From: Octopus vulgaris
Lineage: Eukaryota
Direction: 5' to 3'
NCBI GenBank assembly: GCA_951406725.2
Contig: OX597819.1
Span: 33,914,001-33,978,000, forward strand
Length of the DNA stretch: 64,000 bases
A program made the position numbers and the translations under genes. Below the pieces are notes generated by a model that saw nothing but the letters and a program-made list of their open reading frames with translations, was not told where the DNA came from and did not search any database. Positions 26,282 through 39,745 of the stretch are shown piece by piece; within the stretch, counting starts at the first letter, position 1; each line of letters begins with the position of its first letter.

Positions 26282-26548
26282 CAGTGGTTCTTAACCAGGA
26301 TCTGTATAGCCCTTGAGAGTCCATGTAAGATTTTGTCATTAAAATTTATCTGCAATAAATTGGTTATACTTCTACAGTACACAAAATATTTTAACAATTT
26401 TTTTAATACAATTCCATTCCTGATAATATTGAATGCTAAAAACATAACATGATTTTTTTAAAACATCTAATGGCTTGTGGGGTGATTCCTCCAAGTGAAA
26501 TAGGAACCAAAGGGATCTTTAGTTTTAAAAAATGCTTGAGAAACACTG
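26282..26548. mobile_element. hAT (Charlie/MER5-like) MITE
   Basis: TIRs CAGTGGTTCTTAAC and GCTTGAGAAACACTG. 8-bp TSD ATATAGAT at 26274-26281 and 26549-26556. Confidence 0.85.
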
Positions 26549-26614
26549 ATATAGATGATGGAATTAGAAATTGGTAAACTTGGAATGGTAACAGACACAC
26601 ATATCTTTTATCTT

Positions 26615-26950
26615 TTATGTATTTCTGTTATTGGATTGCAGTCATGATGTGAAACCACCTTGAAGGATAAACCAAAACAAATCAACCCCAGTGCTTATTT
26701 TTAAAGCCTGGTATTTATTCTAGCAAGCTCTTTTGCTGAACTGCTAAGTTATGGGAACATAAACAAAACAACACCAATTGTCAAGCAGTAGCAGTGGACA
26801 TACATAAAGGCTTCTTTCAGTTTCCATTTGCAAAATCAACTCACAAGGCTTTGGTTGGCTTGGGGCTATAGTAAAAGATACTTGCCCAAGATGCCATGCA
26901 ATGGGACTGAACATGGAACCACGTAGTAAGGAAGCAAATTTCTTACCATA
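26615..26950 (-). mobile_element. SINE family A
   Basis: Reverse complement of the family A body and head. Confidence 0.8.
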
Positions 26951-28415
26951 TAATTGTTCTTTTCATACATACAAATTCTTCATGTTTTACACTTGCAATT
27001 ATTTCTCTCTCTATCAACCCCCCCACACACACACACACACGCACACACACACACACACTTTGATAGAAGTCTACTACTTACTACACAAACATTCTGTTCC
27101 ATCGATATAAAATCCCAAAGGTTTTCGAAACTGAAATCTTTCAGAGAAACAGAAATATTGATAGACTTTATCACCAAAGGTAAAATACAAGCCAATGTAA
27201 ATATATTCCTTGGGACATTTGGGACAGTGGGCACTTAAAACTAGCTAGATATAACAGCTTAATGCCCTTCAAATCAATACCATTGTCTTAAAAAATAAGA
27301 GGAAACATAAGATAATGTGGTCTTTGGTACACTGTGGTGAAGGAATAAACTGGATGTTCATAGCTGAAATACTTCTGATCAAAGGCCTACTCCAAGAGAT
27401 ACCAAAAGTTAAACAAAAACAAAAACACAAGTACCTACAACCTGTTAAAGTGTTGCATCCTTCAGTCACTGCTTTAACGTGTATTTTACAAGAATAAAAT
27501 CCATGAAGAAATGGTAAAAAGTGTAGACGAATGATATCTTATGGAATGCTTTGTATTCTCTTTTATCTATTACTTGTTTCAGTTTGGACAGCAGCCATGA
27601 CAGGGTTATTGTCAGACAAAGTGGACATACATAAAGGCTTCTTTTTTTTGCATACTTATCCTATCAAGTCTCTTTCTGAACTGCTTTGGTTGGCTTGGGG
27701 CTATAGTAAAAAACCAACCCAAGATGCCATGCAATGGGACTGAACATGGAACCAGCGTAGTAAGGAAGCAAATTTCTTACCATATAATTGTTCTTTTCAT
27801 ACATACAAATTCTTCATGTTTTACACTTGCAATTATTTCTCTCTCTATCAACCCCCCCACACACACACACACACGCACACACACACACACACTTTGATAG
27901 AAGTCTACTACTTACTACACAAACATTCTGTTCCATCGATATAAAATCCCAAAGGTTTTCGAAACTGAAATCTTTCAGAGAAACAGAAATATTGATAGAC
28001 TTTATCACCAAAGGTAAAATACAAGCCAATGTAAATATATTCCTTGGGACATTTGGGACAGTGGGCACTTAAAACTAGCTAGATATAACAGCTTAATGCC
28101 CTTCAAATCAATACCATTGTCTTAAAAAATAAGAGGAAACATAAGATAATGTGGTCTTTGGTACACTGTGGTGAAGGAATAAACTGGATGTTCATAGCTG
28201 AAATACTTCTGATCAAAGGCCTACTCCAAGAGATACCAAAAGTTAAACAAAAACAAAAACACAAGTACCTACAACCTGTTAAAGTGTTGCATCCTTCAGT
28301 CACTGCTTTAACGTGTATTTTACAAGAATAAAATCCATGAAGAAATGGTAAAAAGTGAGACGAATGATATCTTATGGAATGCTTTGTATTCTCTTTTATC
28401 TATTACTTGTTTCAG
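26850..28415. repeat. Tandem duplication with a period of about 834 bp
   Basis: Identical ORFs at offset 834 (26954/27788, 27269/28103, 27315/28149). Confidence 0.95.
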
Positions 28416-28588
28416 TCATTGGACAGCAGCCATGAAGGGTTAGTCAGACAAATCAAACCCAGTACTTTTTTTAAAGTTTCATACTTATCCTATCAGTCTC
28501 TTTGCTGAACTGTTAAGTTATGGGGATGTAAACAAACCAACACTAGTTGTCAAGCAATGTATGTAGTGGGGAACACAAATACATACAC

Positions 28589-28624
<36 letters not shown>

Positions 28625-28785
28625 TTGATGGGCTTCTACACAGTTTCCATCAGCTGAATTCACTTACAAGGCATTGGACAGCCTACGGTCATAGTAGAAG
28701 ATACTTTCTCAAAGTACCACACATTGGGACTGAACCCAAAACCACAGAGTTACAAAGCAAGCTTCTTAGCTACATAACCATGCTT
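28390..28785 (-). mobile_element. SINE family A
   Basis: Reverse complement of family A with internal (TA)n. Confidence 0.8.
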
Positions 28786-28918
28786 GCACCAAGTTGTGAA
28801 AGAATACTTCAGAAGATGACTCTATTCCATCTGACACCATGAATTTCATAGAGGCTATCTTAACAAATATCATTATCATCATCAGCATCGTCACCACCAC
28901 CACCAGTACCATCACCAT

Positions 28919-28957
<39 letters not shown>

Positions 28958-29046
28958 TTAATATCTATTTTCCATGCTGGCATCGGTTGGACAGTTTGAC
29001 AGGATCTGGCCAGTTGGAGAGATTCCCAGGCTCCATTTGTCTGTTT

Positions 29047-29344
29047 TGTTCCTTCTTGAGCCATCCATGGCTCATAATGGCCAGTTTCTCAGTTTCATTG
29101 GCGTATAGGTTCCCCACCTGGATGGGACGCCGGTTCGTCGCAGGTGAGCTGCAAGATGCAGGAGGAAAGAGTGAGAGAAAGTTGTGGTGAAAGAGTCAGC
29201 AGAAGTTCGCAATTACTTTCTGCCGGAGCCGTGTGGAGCATAGGTGTTTCGCTCATAAACACACACATCGCCCGGTCTGAGATTCAAACCCATGATTCCT
29301 TGACTGCGAGTTCGTTGCACTAACCACTAGGCCATGTGCCTCCG
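29047..29344 (-). mobile_element. SINE family B nested in an RTE tail fragment (28920-29432), 13-bp TSD
   Basis: TSD catttgtctgttt at 29034-29046 and 29345-29357. tRNA-like head ggaggcacatggcctagtggttag. Confidence 0.85.
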
Positions 29345-30695
29345 CATTTGTCTGTTTGGTATGGTTTCTACAGCAGGATGTCCTTCTTAATACCAACCAC
29401 TTTACAGAGTGTGTTGGGTGCTTTTTATGTGACAAAGTAGTAGTTATTGTTGTCTGACCCCTGGGTGAGGTTCAGGAAACCATTCTTCAAACACAGTCCA
29501 GTTTTGACCATCTTACATCTAAGATTACATCACACATAATTAACTAGGGTGAAATATAAGGGAGATATGTCTCTGTTTGATACATGCAGGAACTTAATCC
29601 AATTTGTCCTTGTTTAAGGTGATCATGGTGGGATGTCTGTCACCATAGGTCTCCTGGATGAAGGTTGACTAGAGCTAAACAATAACAAGCATAAATGCCA
29701 CCACAAAGGTAGAGATAAAAAATATATAATTTACAATTAAAGAGAAAATTTATAACTTCTTATCTGTTCATTTTAGTGTGTGTGTGTGAGTGTGTGTGTG
29801 TGTGTGTGTGTGCGTGCGCGTGTGTGTGTGCGCGCGCGTGTGTGTGTGCGTGTGTGTGTGCGTGCATGCATACATGCATGTGTGTGTGTGTGTGTAGTGC
29901 ATTTCTGCTCTCACTGTAAATAAAGAAATAATTATTGTTTACATCAAATAACTACTAGCATTTCTGCCACTACTAATATTACTATAAACACTACTAAAAC
30001 TACAATTACTATGAATATTATCACTACTACTATTACTACTACTAAAACTACTAGTATTGTTGTTGTTCTTGTAACTGCTAAATCCAATACTTATCAATGA
30101 CTTCAAACATTACCTTGAAAGAAGAATTGAGAAAAATATGCTCAATGTTTCTTAGTATATTTATACATGCAGAATTTCATATGCCTTAAATAACAAACTT
30201 TATCAGTAATAAATATATCAGTATGTGGTTTATAACCTACACCTCTCTTCCAATAATACTAACTTAAACAGCTTATCTAAAGGATTAAAGTAGATTTAAT
30301 TAACAATGATTTTCTCATCATTAAACTGTATCAAAAACAGTCTAAGGAAAAGGCTGAAGTTTTCACTGGTAATAGTTTTTTTATAACAGCATTTTATTGC
30401 ATTATATTATCAAAATCTTTATTATCTCTCCAGTAAATTGGCTGAAGGAAATCGAATTAAAGAAGATAATGCTATTATTTTGCTTTTGTCTTTATCCATA
30501 CACAAGTTTATTCACTTAATCAGTGACAGTGAAATAAGTACTTCTGTGCCCAATGCAGAATTAACTTTTGAATAATTCAATTAAGCATTTAATTTGTTAC
30601 ATTTTTCTTTTTAAATTTACACCTGGTTATAACTGACCAGTATAGTTGATGTTAAGACACACAATGTCTTTCATTAACAGATTTCTGCTCACCCC

Positions 30696-30734
<39 letters not shown>

Positions 30735-31084
30735 CATACAAACATACATGCATACATGTGTAATTCTAATTCCCATTAGCAATCTTTTTCTTTTACTTTT
30801 CCTCCACTTCATCAACAAACCATCATGAATAATTATCTCTGAAGGGTGTCTTAATGCGAAAATAAAAATCAAGAGCATGGCTTAAGATTTTTATCCTTGT
30901 ATTTACAAAAGAAACGTAATGAAAAATTAAAGAAAGAAGGCAGAAGCATGGCTGTATGGTAAGAAGTTTGCTGGCCCAATGACATGGTTCCAGGTTCAGT
31001 CCTACTAAATGGCACTATGGGCAAGTGTCTTTCACTATTGCCCTGAGTCAACCAAAGCCTTGTAAATGGATTTGGCAAATCTAT

Positions 31085-31880
31085 CCCCACAAAATAAGGG
31101 TAATAGCAACCATAAAACAGAGAAAATATGTAAATGTAGAGATACTGATTCATGTCCACTTGCAGGATTTTCCCTCTGCAAAAATGTGGTATATAAATGC
31201 ACTGTAGTATCAGATAAATACCATGCTAGAACTTATATAAACTTCAAAAAAAGGTATAGAACTCATTTAAATTCTTTTACCAATACTGAATATAAAAATT
31301 CAACAACCCTCGCCTCCTATATACATTATCTATGAAATAGTAATATTAATTTCAAAATATCGTGGTCTATAATAGCGAATTCCTTCTCCTATAATGCCAT
31401 TATGGATAAATGCAATTTGTGCAGTAAGGAATCTTACATTATTCTTAGATTGAATAATTCAGGTATATTAAATGAATTTTCCAAAATGATTCATTCATGT
31501 ACTCACAAATTCCATTCAACCTTCATGAGGTTCCCTAAAGCATGGTATGATAAATAGTGACTTTTGCATTCTAATTTCTCATTATTACCCAGAATACTTC
31601 ATAATATATAATAACAACATATTTACGATTTCTTTAAATTTCTGCTTTTCTATCATGCCTAACCAAGTCGATATAAAAATAGTCAATATGTAACACCGTA
31701 ACTGGTGACCAGCATAATGTGACCTTGAATGAAATTTCCTTACTGTATATCGTCTTTTGAACCTTGCCGTCTATTTTCCTGATGAAGGGGACAATGTCTA
31801 TATGCGAATTATAAAATTCACTGATTACCAGGACAAATGGACTTCTGAAACAGCTGAAGAAATACCTCTTACCTGTTCTT
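31085..31880 (+). mobile_element. Penelope-like element 3' fragment (Cys-rich GIY-YIG endonuclease plus hammerhead)
   Basis: CKCRDTDSCPL...KNVVYKCTV...TYI(deletion)NFKKRYRTHLNSF...KNSTTLASYIHYL*...ISWSII...KCNLCSKE...ILNE...SCTH, ending at stop 31557. Hammerhead at 31775-31862. Confidence 0.85.
31775..31862 (+). ncRNA. Type I hammerhead-like motif with long stem II
   Basis: tttc-CTGATGA(31779)-agggg...cttct-GAAA(31847)-cagctg-AA-gaaa. Palindromic stem III. The U of the NUH triplet is replaced by A. Confidence 0.65.
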
Positions 31881-31902
31881 ATAACCCTCTCTCTCTCTCT
31901 CT

Positions 31903-31994
<92 letters not shown>

Positions 31995-32179
31995 CTCTTA
32001 AAACAAACATATTTCTCTGAGTTTTAAATTCTTCATTAAGGTTTCTCACTGCTGCCAATGTAATTTCTAACTTTTAATTTCTGATCCTAAATTTTTAATT
32101 TTTAATAAAGTTTTCTGATATTCACTATATCAATCCAGATATTGAATTTTTCATTGCTTATATTTCATGTATATTCTTT

Positions 32180-32390
32180 TTTCAGATATTTGTTATTTCT
32201 ATTATATTCTTAAATAATAATTTTAATATGTTCTGAATGTCTTAATGTATCTGTTGTATTAATGTATGTCATAAATACAAGATATGTATCTAATTTTTGT
32301 TTCTTCATTAAATCATCGATAACACCAGTTGATCTCTGGATTTCATAATCCCTAAAGAGGAAATTACATCCTCAAATTGACTGAAAATAA

Positions 32391-32457
<67 letters not shown>

Positions 32458-32711
32458 ACTAATATAATTTAATGAAGAAACAAAAATTAGATAATTATCT
32501 TGTATTTATGACATACATTAATACAACAGATACATTAAGACATTCGGAACATATAAGTATTATTTAAGAATATAATAGAAATAAGAAATATATGAAATAT
32601 ATAACTATAAATTAGACTACTTATCCCTATATATTGTGAAAATTCTCTCAATATATCATCGATAACACCAGTTGATCTCTGGATTTCATAATCCCTAAAG
32701 AGGAAATTACA
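32180..32711. repeat. Combined inverted (about 130 bp) and direct (57 bp) repeat around (TA)n
   Basis: 32180-32313 is inverted at 32467-32597. atcatcgataacacc...gaggaaattaca occurs at 32312-32368 and 32655-32711. Confidence 0.85.
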
Positions 32712-32894
32712 ATGGGTGAGTGGTTAAGGAGCTCACTTTGGAAGTAGAGGGTTTCAGGGTCAATCCCATTGCATGACTCTAAAGAGTAAGTATCTTCTAT
32801 TAAAATGTCAGGCCAACCAATGCCTTGTGAATGAATTTAGAAGAGGAAAACTATGTGGAATCCTATTGTTTGTATGTATGCATTCTTCTATTCT

Positions 32895-33250
32895 TTTATT
32901 TTTTTACTTGTCTCAGTCATTTGACTGTGGCCATGCTGGAGCACCACCTTAAAGGGTTTTAGTCAAAGAAATCGATCCCAGGACTTATTCTTTGTAAGCC
33001 TAGTACTTATTCTATCAGTCTCTTCTGCCGAACTGCTAAGTTACAGGAATGTAAGCACACACTGGTTGTCAAGCGATGGTGGGCGAACAAACACAGACAC
33101 AGAGAGACACACTCATACATATATATATGACAGGCTTCTTTCAGTTTCCAACTACCAAACCTACTCATAGGGTTATAGTAGAAGACACTTGCCCAAGGTG
33201 CCACACATGGAACCATGTGATTAGGAAGCAAGCTTCTTACCACACAACTA
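32895..33250 (-). mobile_element. SINE family A
   Basis: Reverse complement of family A. A + strand head (32712-32870) and a + strand tail (33350-33565) flank it, consistent with nesting. Confidence 0.8.
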
Positions 33251-33273
33251 CACACACACATACATACATACAT

Positions 33274-33304
<31 letters not shown>

Positions 33305-34408
33305 TGGGTGCGCGTGTGTGTGTGTGTATGTTTGTGCATGTATGTGTGTTTGAGTGTCTTTCTGTCTGTGTTTGTCCTCGCCCTACACCATTTGATAACC
33401 AATGTTGGTTTGTTTACATCCTTGTAATTTAGCAATTTGGCAAAAGCAACTGATAGAATAAGTACCAGACATTAAAACAAGTACTAGGTTTGATGTTTTT
33501 CAAGCAAAACCCTTCAAGTCGGTGCTCTAGCATGGTCACAGTTCAATGTCTAAAACAAGTAAAATTTAGATATAACAGTCTCAGCTTTAGGATGAACGGA
33601 TAAGTTCACATGTATAAGTTTGCAGACAAATATATATATATATATATATATATCAACTCAACTATACATACAGCACATATATATGGGATATAGTCTGTGA
33701 TATAGAACTTTCTACCACTGATTCACTTGAATGCTTGTAGTCATTATTCCCAATAATAATTGAGTATTAGTTGTTCTCTAGTTTTCTTTGAATAAGCTGC
33801 TGCCAAGTAAATCAAGATGGTAGTCACAGAGTTTATTCCATCTTCTGAATTTTCTATCGGTTACTGTCTCCCAACATGAAACACAAAAACTGTGCAGGCC
33901 TCCACTTCAAATAAAAAAAAAAAAAGCCACACTTGACTTCAAGCCGTAACCAAGGCACAGAGAAGCAATTTAAATTTTCCATTAAAACAAGCAATGAGTA
34001 AAATACCCTGATTCCCCCATCTCTACCAACGCAACTCCAAGCAGCAGCAGTAATACAACCACTACCACCACCCCACCCCCACCCCCACCACCACCATTGG
34101 CAGCAACCGTTCTGCAGATTCACCAGAGCAACTGGTGAGAACAAAGCCCTTTAGATCCCCTGTAGTCATGTCAGCTTTATGAATAACTAAAACACAAGCT
34201 TGAAGAACACCATTCCACTACTTTGGAACTGCAGAATCTCACTGATTTCTCCCTGGAGACATTTCACTTCTTTAATTATTTGGCAAATTTCCATATCAGA
34301 GGAATCTTTTCACAAACACTTTTCGGACAGAAATTCAAAGTTGATGGAATTGTATAATGATATTTCATTGTGATACAAACATCTTCAATTCTTTCATAAG
34401 ATTTATGT

Positions 34409-34457
<49 letters not shown>

Positions 34458-34944
34458 GCTATTGCCACCACCACTGCTGCTGCTCCTACTGCTTCTGCTG
34501 CTGACATCATCATAATCATCATCTTAATATTCAACAATGATGAAACTCTTTTTATATGCACAAACTTGATGGAAATAAAAACTTATTTTCATTTTTCCAG
34601 CAGTCAACACTTACATTGTGATAATAATAATAATAATAATAATAGTAAAAATAATAATGATGATGGTGGCGGTGGTGGTGGTGGTGGTGGTGGTTGTGGT
34701 GGTACAACCATTGCATACACCCAAGATATTGAAAGTTGTGCTTGGATGCACAGTGGAAGTGTGTAATAAAAATAAGACTCCCGAATAGCAGAAACAACAA
34801 TAATGTTTGGTAAGAGTTCTATGAAGAAGAAGAAAAAGAAGACGAAGACAAAAATTGGTAATAGAAAGAAATTAACTATAATACACGCAGATAGGCATGC
34901 CTAAATGTGTATATATTCACATGTATAGAGTTTATATGGCAATA

Positions 34945-34998
<54 letters not shown>

Positions 34999-35001
34999 CA
35001 T

Positions 35002-35086
<85 letters not shown>

Positions 35087-35633
35087 GCTACCACTGATTC
35101 ACTTGATGCTTGTAGTCATTATTAATTACACTGATAGAGTTAAAATCCTTTGGTTCCATGTCATTTTATTAGGTCTAGCATCAACTAAAGGTGAGAAAGA
35201 TGTTTGCCAGGAAGAGATATTTCACAGCTGGGTGCTCTAGCTACTATCTTACTATGGACCTTAGTTAGAAATTTTGCAACAACAGTGTAGAAATGTTGGA
35301 ATGGTGTCAGCATGGATATTAGGCTGGCATGTTCTTTCTTACTACAATGCCGTTTATTGCTTCAGTATATTTTCCTGGTTTCTTTAAATGAGATGATAAT
35401 ACACACATACACTCACACATACACACACACATACACAAACACACACACACACACCACCTGAGAAGAGATCGTATTTGTGTGTGTGTGTGTGTGTATGTGC
35501 ACATACATAGATGCTTGTGTCTGTGTGTGCACGTGCTTATTATATCAAAGGTTCACAGTCAACTCAGAGTTTCTACCAAGTTTGAGCTGCTTGAACAAAG
35601 TAAAATATATTTTAATATGCATTTATAAATAAG

Positions 35634-36030
35634 AGGCGCAGGAGTGGTTGTGTGGTAAGTAGCTTGCTAACCAACCACATTGTTCCGGGTTCAGTCCCAC
35701 TGCGTGGCATCTTGGGCAAGTGTCTTCTGCTATAGCCCCGGGCCGACCAATGCCTTGTGAGTGGATTTGGTAGACGGAAACTGAAAGAAGTCTGTCGTAT
35801 ATATGTATATATATATAAGTGTGTGTGTGTGTGTCTGTGTTTGTCCCCCTAGCATTGCTTGACAACCGATGCTGGTGTGTTTACGTCCCCGTCACTTAGC
35901 TGTTCGGCAAAAGAGACCGATAGAATAAGTACTGTGCTTACAAAGAATAAGTTCCGGGGTCGATTTGCTCGACTAAAGGCAGTGCTCCAGCATAGCCGCA
36001 GTCAAATGACTGAAACAAGTAAAACAGTAA
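35634..36030 (+). mobile_element. SINE family A, full length and young
   Basis: aggcgcaggagtggttgtgtggtaag...aaatgactgaaacaagtaaaa with CpGs retained. Confidence 0.92.
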
Positions 36031-36072
36031 AACAAAACAGTAAGACAGATAGACAGACCTGTGTGTGTGTGT

Positions 36073-36118
<46 letters not shown>

Positions 36119-36120
36119 TA

Positions 36121-36332
36121 AGGCAGCAAGCTGGCAGAATCGTTAGTATGCTGGGGAAAATGCTTAGCAGCATTTTGTCTGTCTTTACATTCTGAGTTCA
36201 AATTCTGCTGGAATCAATTTTACCTGTCATCCTTTCAGCATCGATAAAATAAGTAGCAGTTAAGCGCTGGGTTTAATGTAATCAACTAATCTCCTTCCTC
36301 TGAAATTGTTGGCCATATTCCAAAATTTGAAA
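36121..36332 (+). mobile_element. tRNA-derived SINE family C
   Basis: aggcagcaagctggcagaatcgttag...gagttcaaattc...tcatcctttcagcatcgataaaataagtagcag. Related to 49155-49383. Confidence 0.8.
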
Positions 36333-36350
36333 CCTATATATGTATATATG

Positions 36351-36382
<32 letters not shown>

Positions 36383-36930
36383 TGTATGTATGTATGTATG
36401 TATGTATGTATGTATGTATGTATGTATGTATGTATGTATGTATGTATGTATGTATGTATGTATGTATGTATGTATGTATGTATGTACGTGTATGTATGTA
36501 TGTATGTATGAATGAATGTATGTATGTATATATATGTATGTATGTATGTATGTATATATCTATCAATATGTATATACATATATATACATACATACATACA
36601 TACATACATACACAACGGGCTTCCACACAGTTTCTGTCTGCCAAATCCACTCACAAGACATAGATCAACTCGGGACTTTAGAATGAATAATAAATAGAAA
36701 TTAAAAAAAAGACACTTGCCCAAGACACCACACAATGAGACTGAACTCAAAACCATCTGGTTGGTAAGCAAGCATCTTAACCACATAGCCTTGCTTGCTA
36801 ATTTAAAGCAAACCCAGTGTTAAACAACAACAGTATTGATAGTTCATCTTATTATTCAGCTTTGACATTATTCTTAAATTCATACTTAGAAACTTCTGAA
36901 GCATTCTTTCATAGATGACAGCAGATCAAT

Positions 36931-37012
<82 letters not shown>

Positions 37013-37875
37013 TAAACACATGCATATGCACCATATACACATTAGCAAATACATTGCTCATCCCCAGCCACACACCATCCAATTCCAAGATGGCAGTCCA
37101 CCAGTTCAACATTTGTAACCATTTTAGTTAAAACATGTCTAAAAATTGCAATTTCTTAAAAGCATTTGCAATTAGGAAACAGAATTTCATTAAGAAATGC
37201 CAAGTAAGTAAATCTGTAAAGTTTCAACATCAAAGAAAATGGAAATGATTCCAATCACAACACAAAACTTTCCTGTTTTGATCTTCACTTATTATTTGTA
37301 GATTTTTAAACAAAAGTTACAAAGAAAAGAAAAAGATTTCAAACATTATAGGAAAAACATGAAACATTAGAGAGAGAGCACAATTGGACATTTCTTCACC
37401 ACCACCAGCATCCTCATCACCCTGACTATCAGCAACACTGCCACGATCATTATAGCCAAGATCTTTTTTTCCTTCATTTTATGCTTGCTTTTCCATGTTA
37501 GGATGAATTAGACAAATATATTACTGAAAGATTACTACACAGCAGCATATCCTACCTGTTGGTAACCCTTGTCTGTTTTCAAGTAGGAGATCATGTATTT
37601 TGCATATCTTTGAAAGTGCAATGTGGATGAATTTGTTGGCAGATGGAGTGACAAATGTAAGCAAAACACAGATATATATAATCACACATATAATATATAT
37701 CCACATATAAACTAAAGCTAGAAATTTGGTTGCAAAGATTTTTTATTATAACATCATAATTACATGTTTCACTTGTGAATACTATACACTTGTGTATACC
37801 AGTATGCCATGCAATAATCCAGCTTGGATCTGCATACCAACTGATATTGGTAGCCAACAATGGTTTACATTATTT

Positions 37876-37972
37876 TCTTCTGATGATCTGGTAACATAAG
37901 GTTATTATGCAACTGTCTGTATAACAATTACTGCGTAGCATATTAGTATCTACAAGTGAAACGTGTGTAAAT
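37876..37972 (+). ncRNA. Hammerhead-like motif (weak stems)
   Basis: CTGATGA at 37880, GAAAC-gtgt-GTA at 37958-37969. Stems I and II only partly pair. Confidence 0.4.
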
Positions 37973-38240
37973 ATTATATAATTTATAATGTTATAATATA
38001 CAAAAAATGTAACTGTATCTCCAGTTTGATTCTGCTTTTGAATATACACTATGTAATCTATTCAAATTTATATAATACCAAATGAAATCTGTGGACAAAT
38101 TATGTTTAATACCAAACTGGAAATTGAATTTACATGCATGTGTGCATATACACCATTAACATTTTTTTGTTAAGATGTATTCCTTGAATTCTGAGCATTT
38201 CCTCGCACCTGCGATGTAGATATTATAAATTTTGCATCTA

Positions 38241-38306
38241 TATAGAGTCTGACAAGCTGTCTACAAGGCTTTGCTTTGTGGATGCGAAACCTTAAGTAAC
38301 TCTATG
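38241..38306 (+). ncRNA. Type I hammerhead ribozyme with a single core substitution
   Basis: atagagt-CTGACAA-gctgtctacaagg-ctttg-ctttgtggatgc-GAAAC-cttaa-GTA-actctat: 7-bp stem I, about 12-bp stem II, GUA cleavage triplet. Confidence 0.75.
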
Positions 38307-38429
38307 CCCAAGATATAAAATTTTGTTGTAATAATTACTGCTCTATTCTCTAGAGTGTGTTTCTTTATGATATATCTTCTTTTATTATCTGACTATATAT
38401 ATATATATATACATATATACACATATATA

Positions 38430-39687
38430 TTGGGTCATCTCATAAATAATGCGTTTTTTTATACTTCTTTTATTTTTCAAAATTAAGATAAATAAAGTTC
38501 TTTTTAAATCTAAAATATACTTTCCTTCATTTTCTACAATGCTCTTCCATCTATCTCATAGATATGTAAAGCCCCTCTTCCAAAATCCACTTGTCCATGA
38601 GGAAAAATACTCCTCCAGTACAGTTCTGACCTTGTCTACAGAATTCATATTGTTTCCATCCAAATGATTTTGAAGACTACGGAATAAATCATAATTAGAT
38701 GGGGAAATGTCTGGCAAATATGGTGGGTGGGGCATCGTTTTGCATTGAAACTGCTCCAGCCTTTGGAATGTCATCCTCACAGTATGTAGCCAAGCATTCT
38801 CCTGTTGGAAGAATACCTTTTGTCTTTGAACCAAAGATGGTTATTTTCCCTCATTTTTCTTCTGACTTACGCTACTCAAGTTACTTGCAATAGATCTTTA
38901 TTTTTGCTTGGTTAGGGTTTAAAAGTTCAAAGTGGACTAAACACTTCCCATCAAGCAGAAAGCAACACTTTACATGCCAGTGTTTCTCTTTTCCCTACCC
39001 ACTGTCATCAGCACTTGACATTTTTATAGAGAACCCATTTCTTGTTACCAGTCACTATTCAGTCTAAAAGAGGTTTATTCGTGAGATGTTGCAGCAAAGA
39101 AGAGTATACATTCACTCTCTGCATGGGATTAGACTCAGAAAGTTTGTTAGGAATCCGCTGACTAAATTTTCTGACTTTTCTGATGGCACGCAGGTGTCGA
39201 TGAATGGTTGAATGACCAAATCCTGGCTTCACTGCTAGTTCCTCAACAGTTATGATGGAATTTTGTTCCACCAGGGTTTGCAAGACATCCTTGTTGAACT
39301 CTACAAATCTTCCAGGACAAGGCTTGTCTTCTAGGCTGTAGTTTCCAGCTTGGAATTTCTGGAACCACTGTTGACACTGGCATACACATATTGTTCAATC
39401 CCCCTATAATGCATTAATATTTTTCACACTTTCAATTGCATTGTTGCCTTTATTGAACCCATGAACCAAAATATGCTGAATATGCTCCTTTGTCACTTCC
39501 ATTATAGCTTTGAAAAAATAACTGTTAAAATTGAACTACACTCTTTAAAACCTGCAGTAAGAATAAGGACAAGATAAAATTACTACCTGTTTTTATAGAA
39601 AATTGATGCAGGTAGTTTATCCTCTGCCCCACCTTTGACTTTTAGTTCATGCAATTGAAAAAACTGCATTTTTTATGGCATGACCCA

Positions 39688-39688
<1 letters not shown>
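38430..39688 (-). mobile_element. Full-length decayed mariner element (about 1.26 kb)
   Basis: TA-flanked TIRs TTGGGTCATCTCATAAATAATGCG and TGCATTTTTTATGGCATGACCCAA. Peptides ITVEELA...HSTIHRHL, QENAWLH (HDNARPH), HPPYLPDISPSNYDLF (YSPDLAPSDYHLF). Confidence 0.92.

Positions 39689-39745
<57 letters not shown>

Noticed and set aside
31333-31335. In-frame TGA in the Penelope GIY-YIG as selenocysteine
   Set aside because: It falls at a position I recall as usually K/R, so CGA to TGA decay is simpler. The copy is also deleted at the YIG motif.
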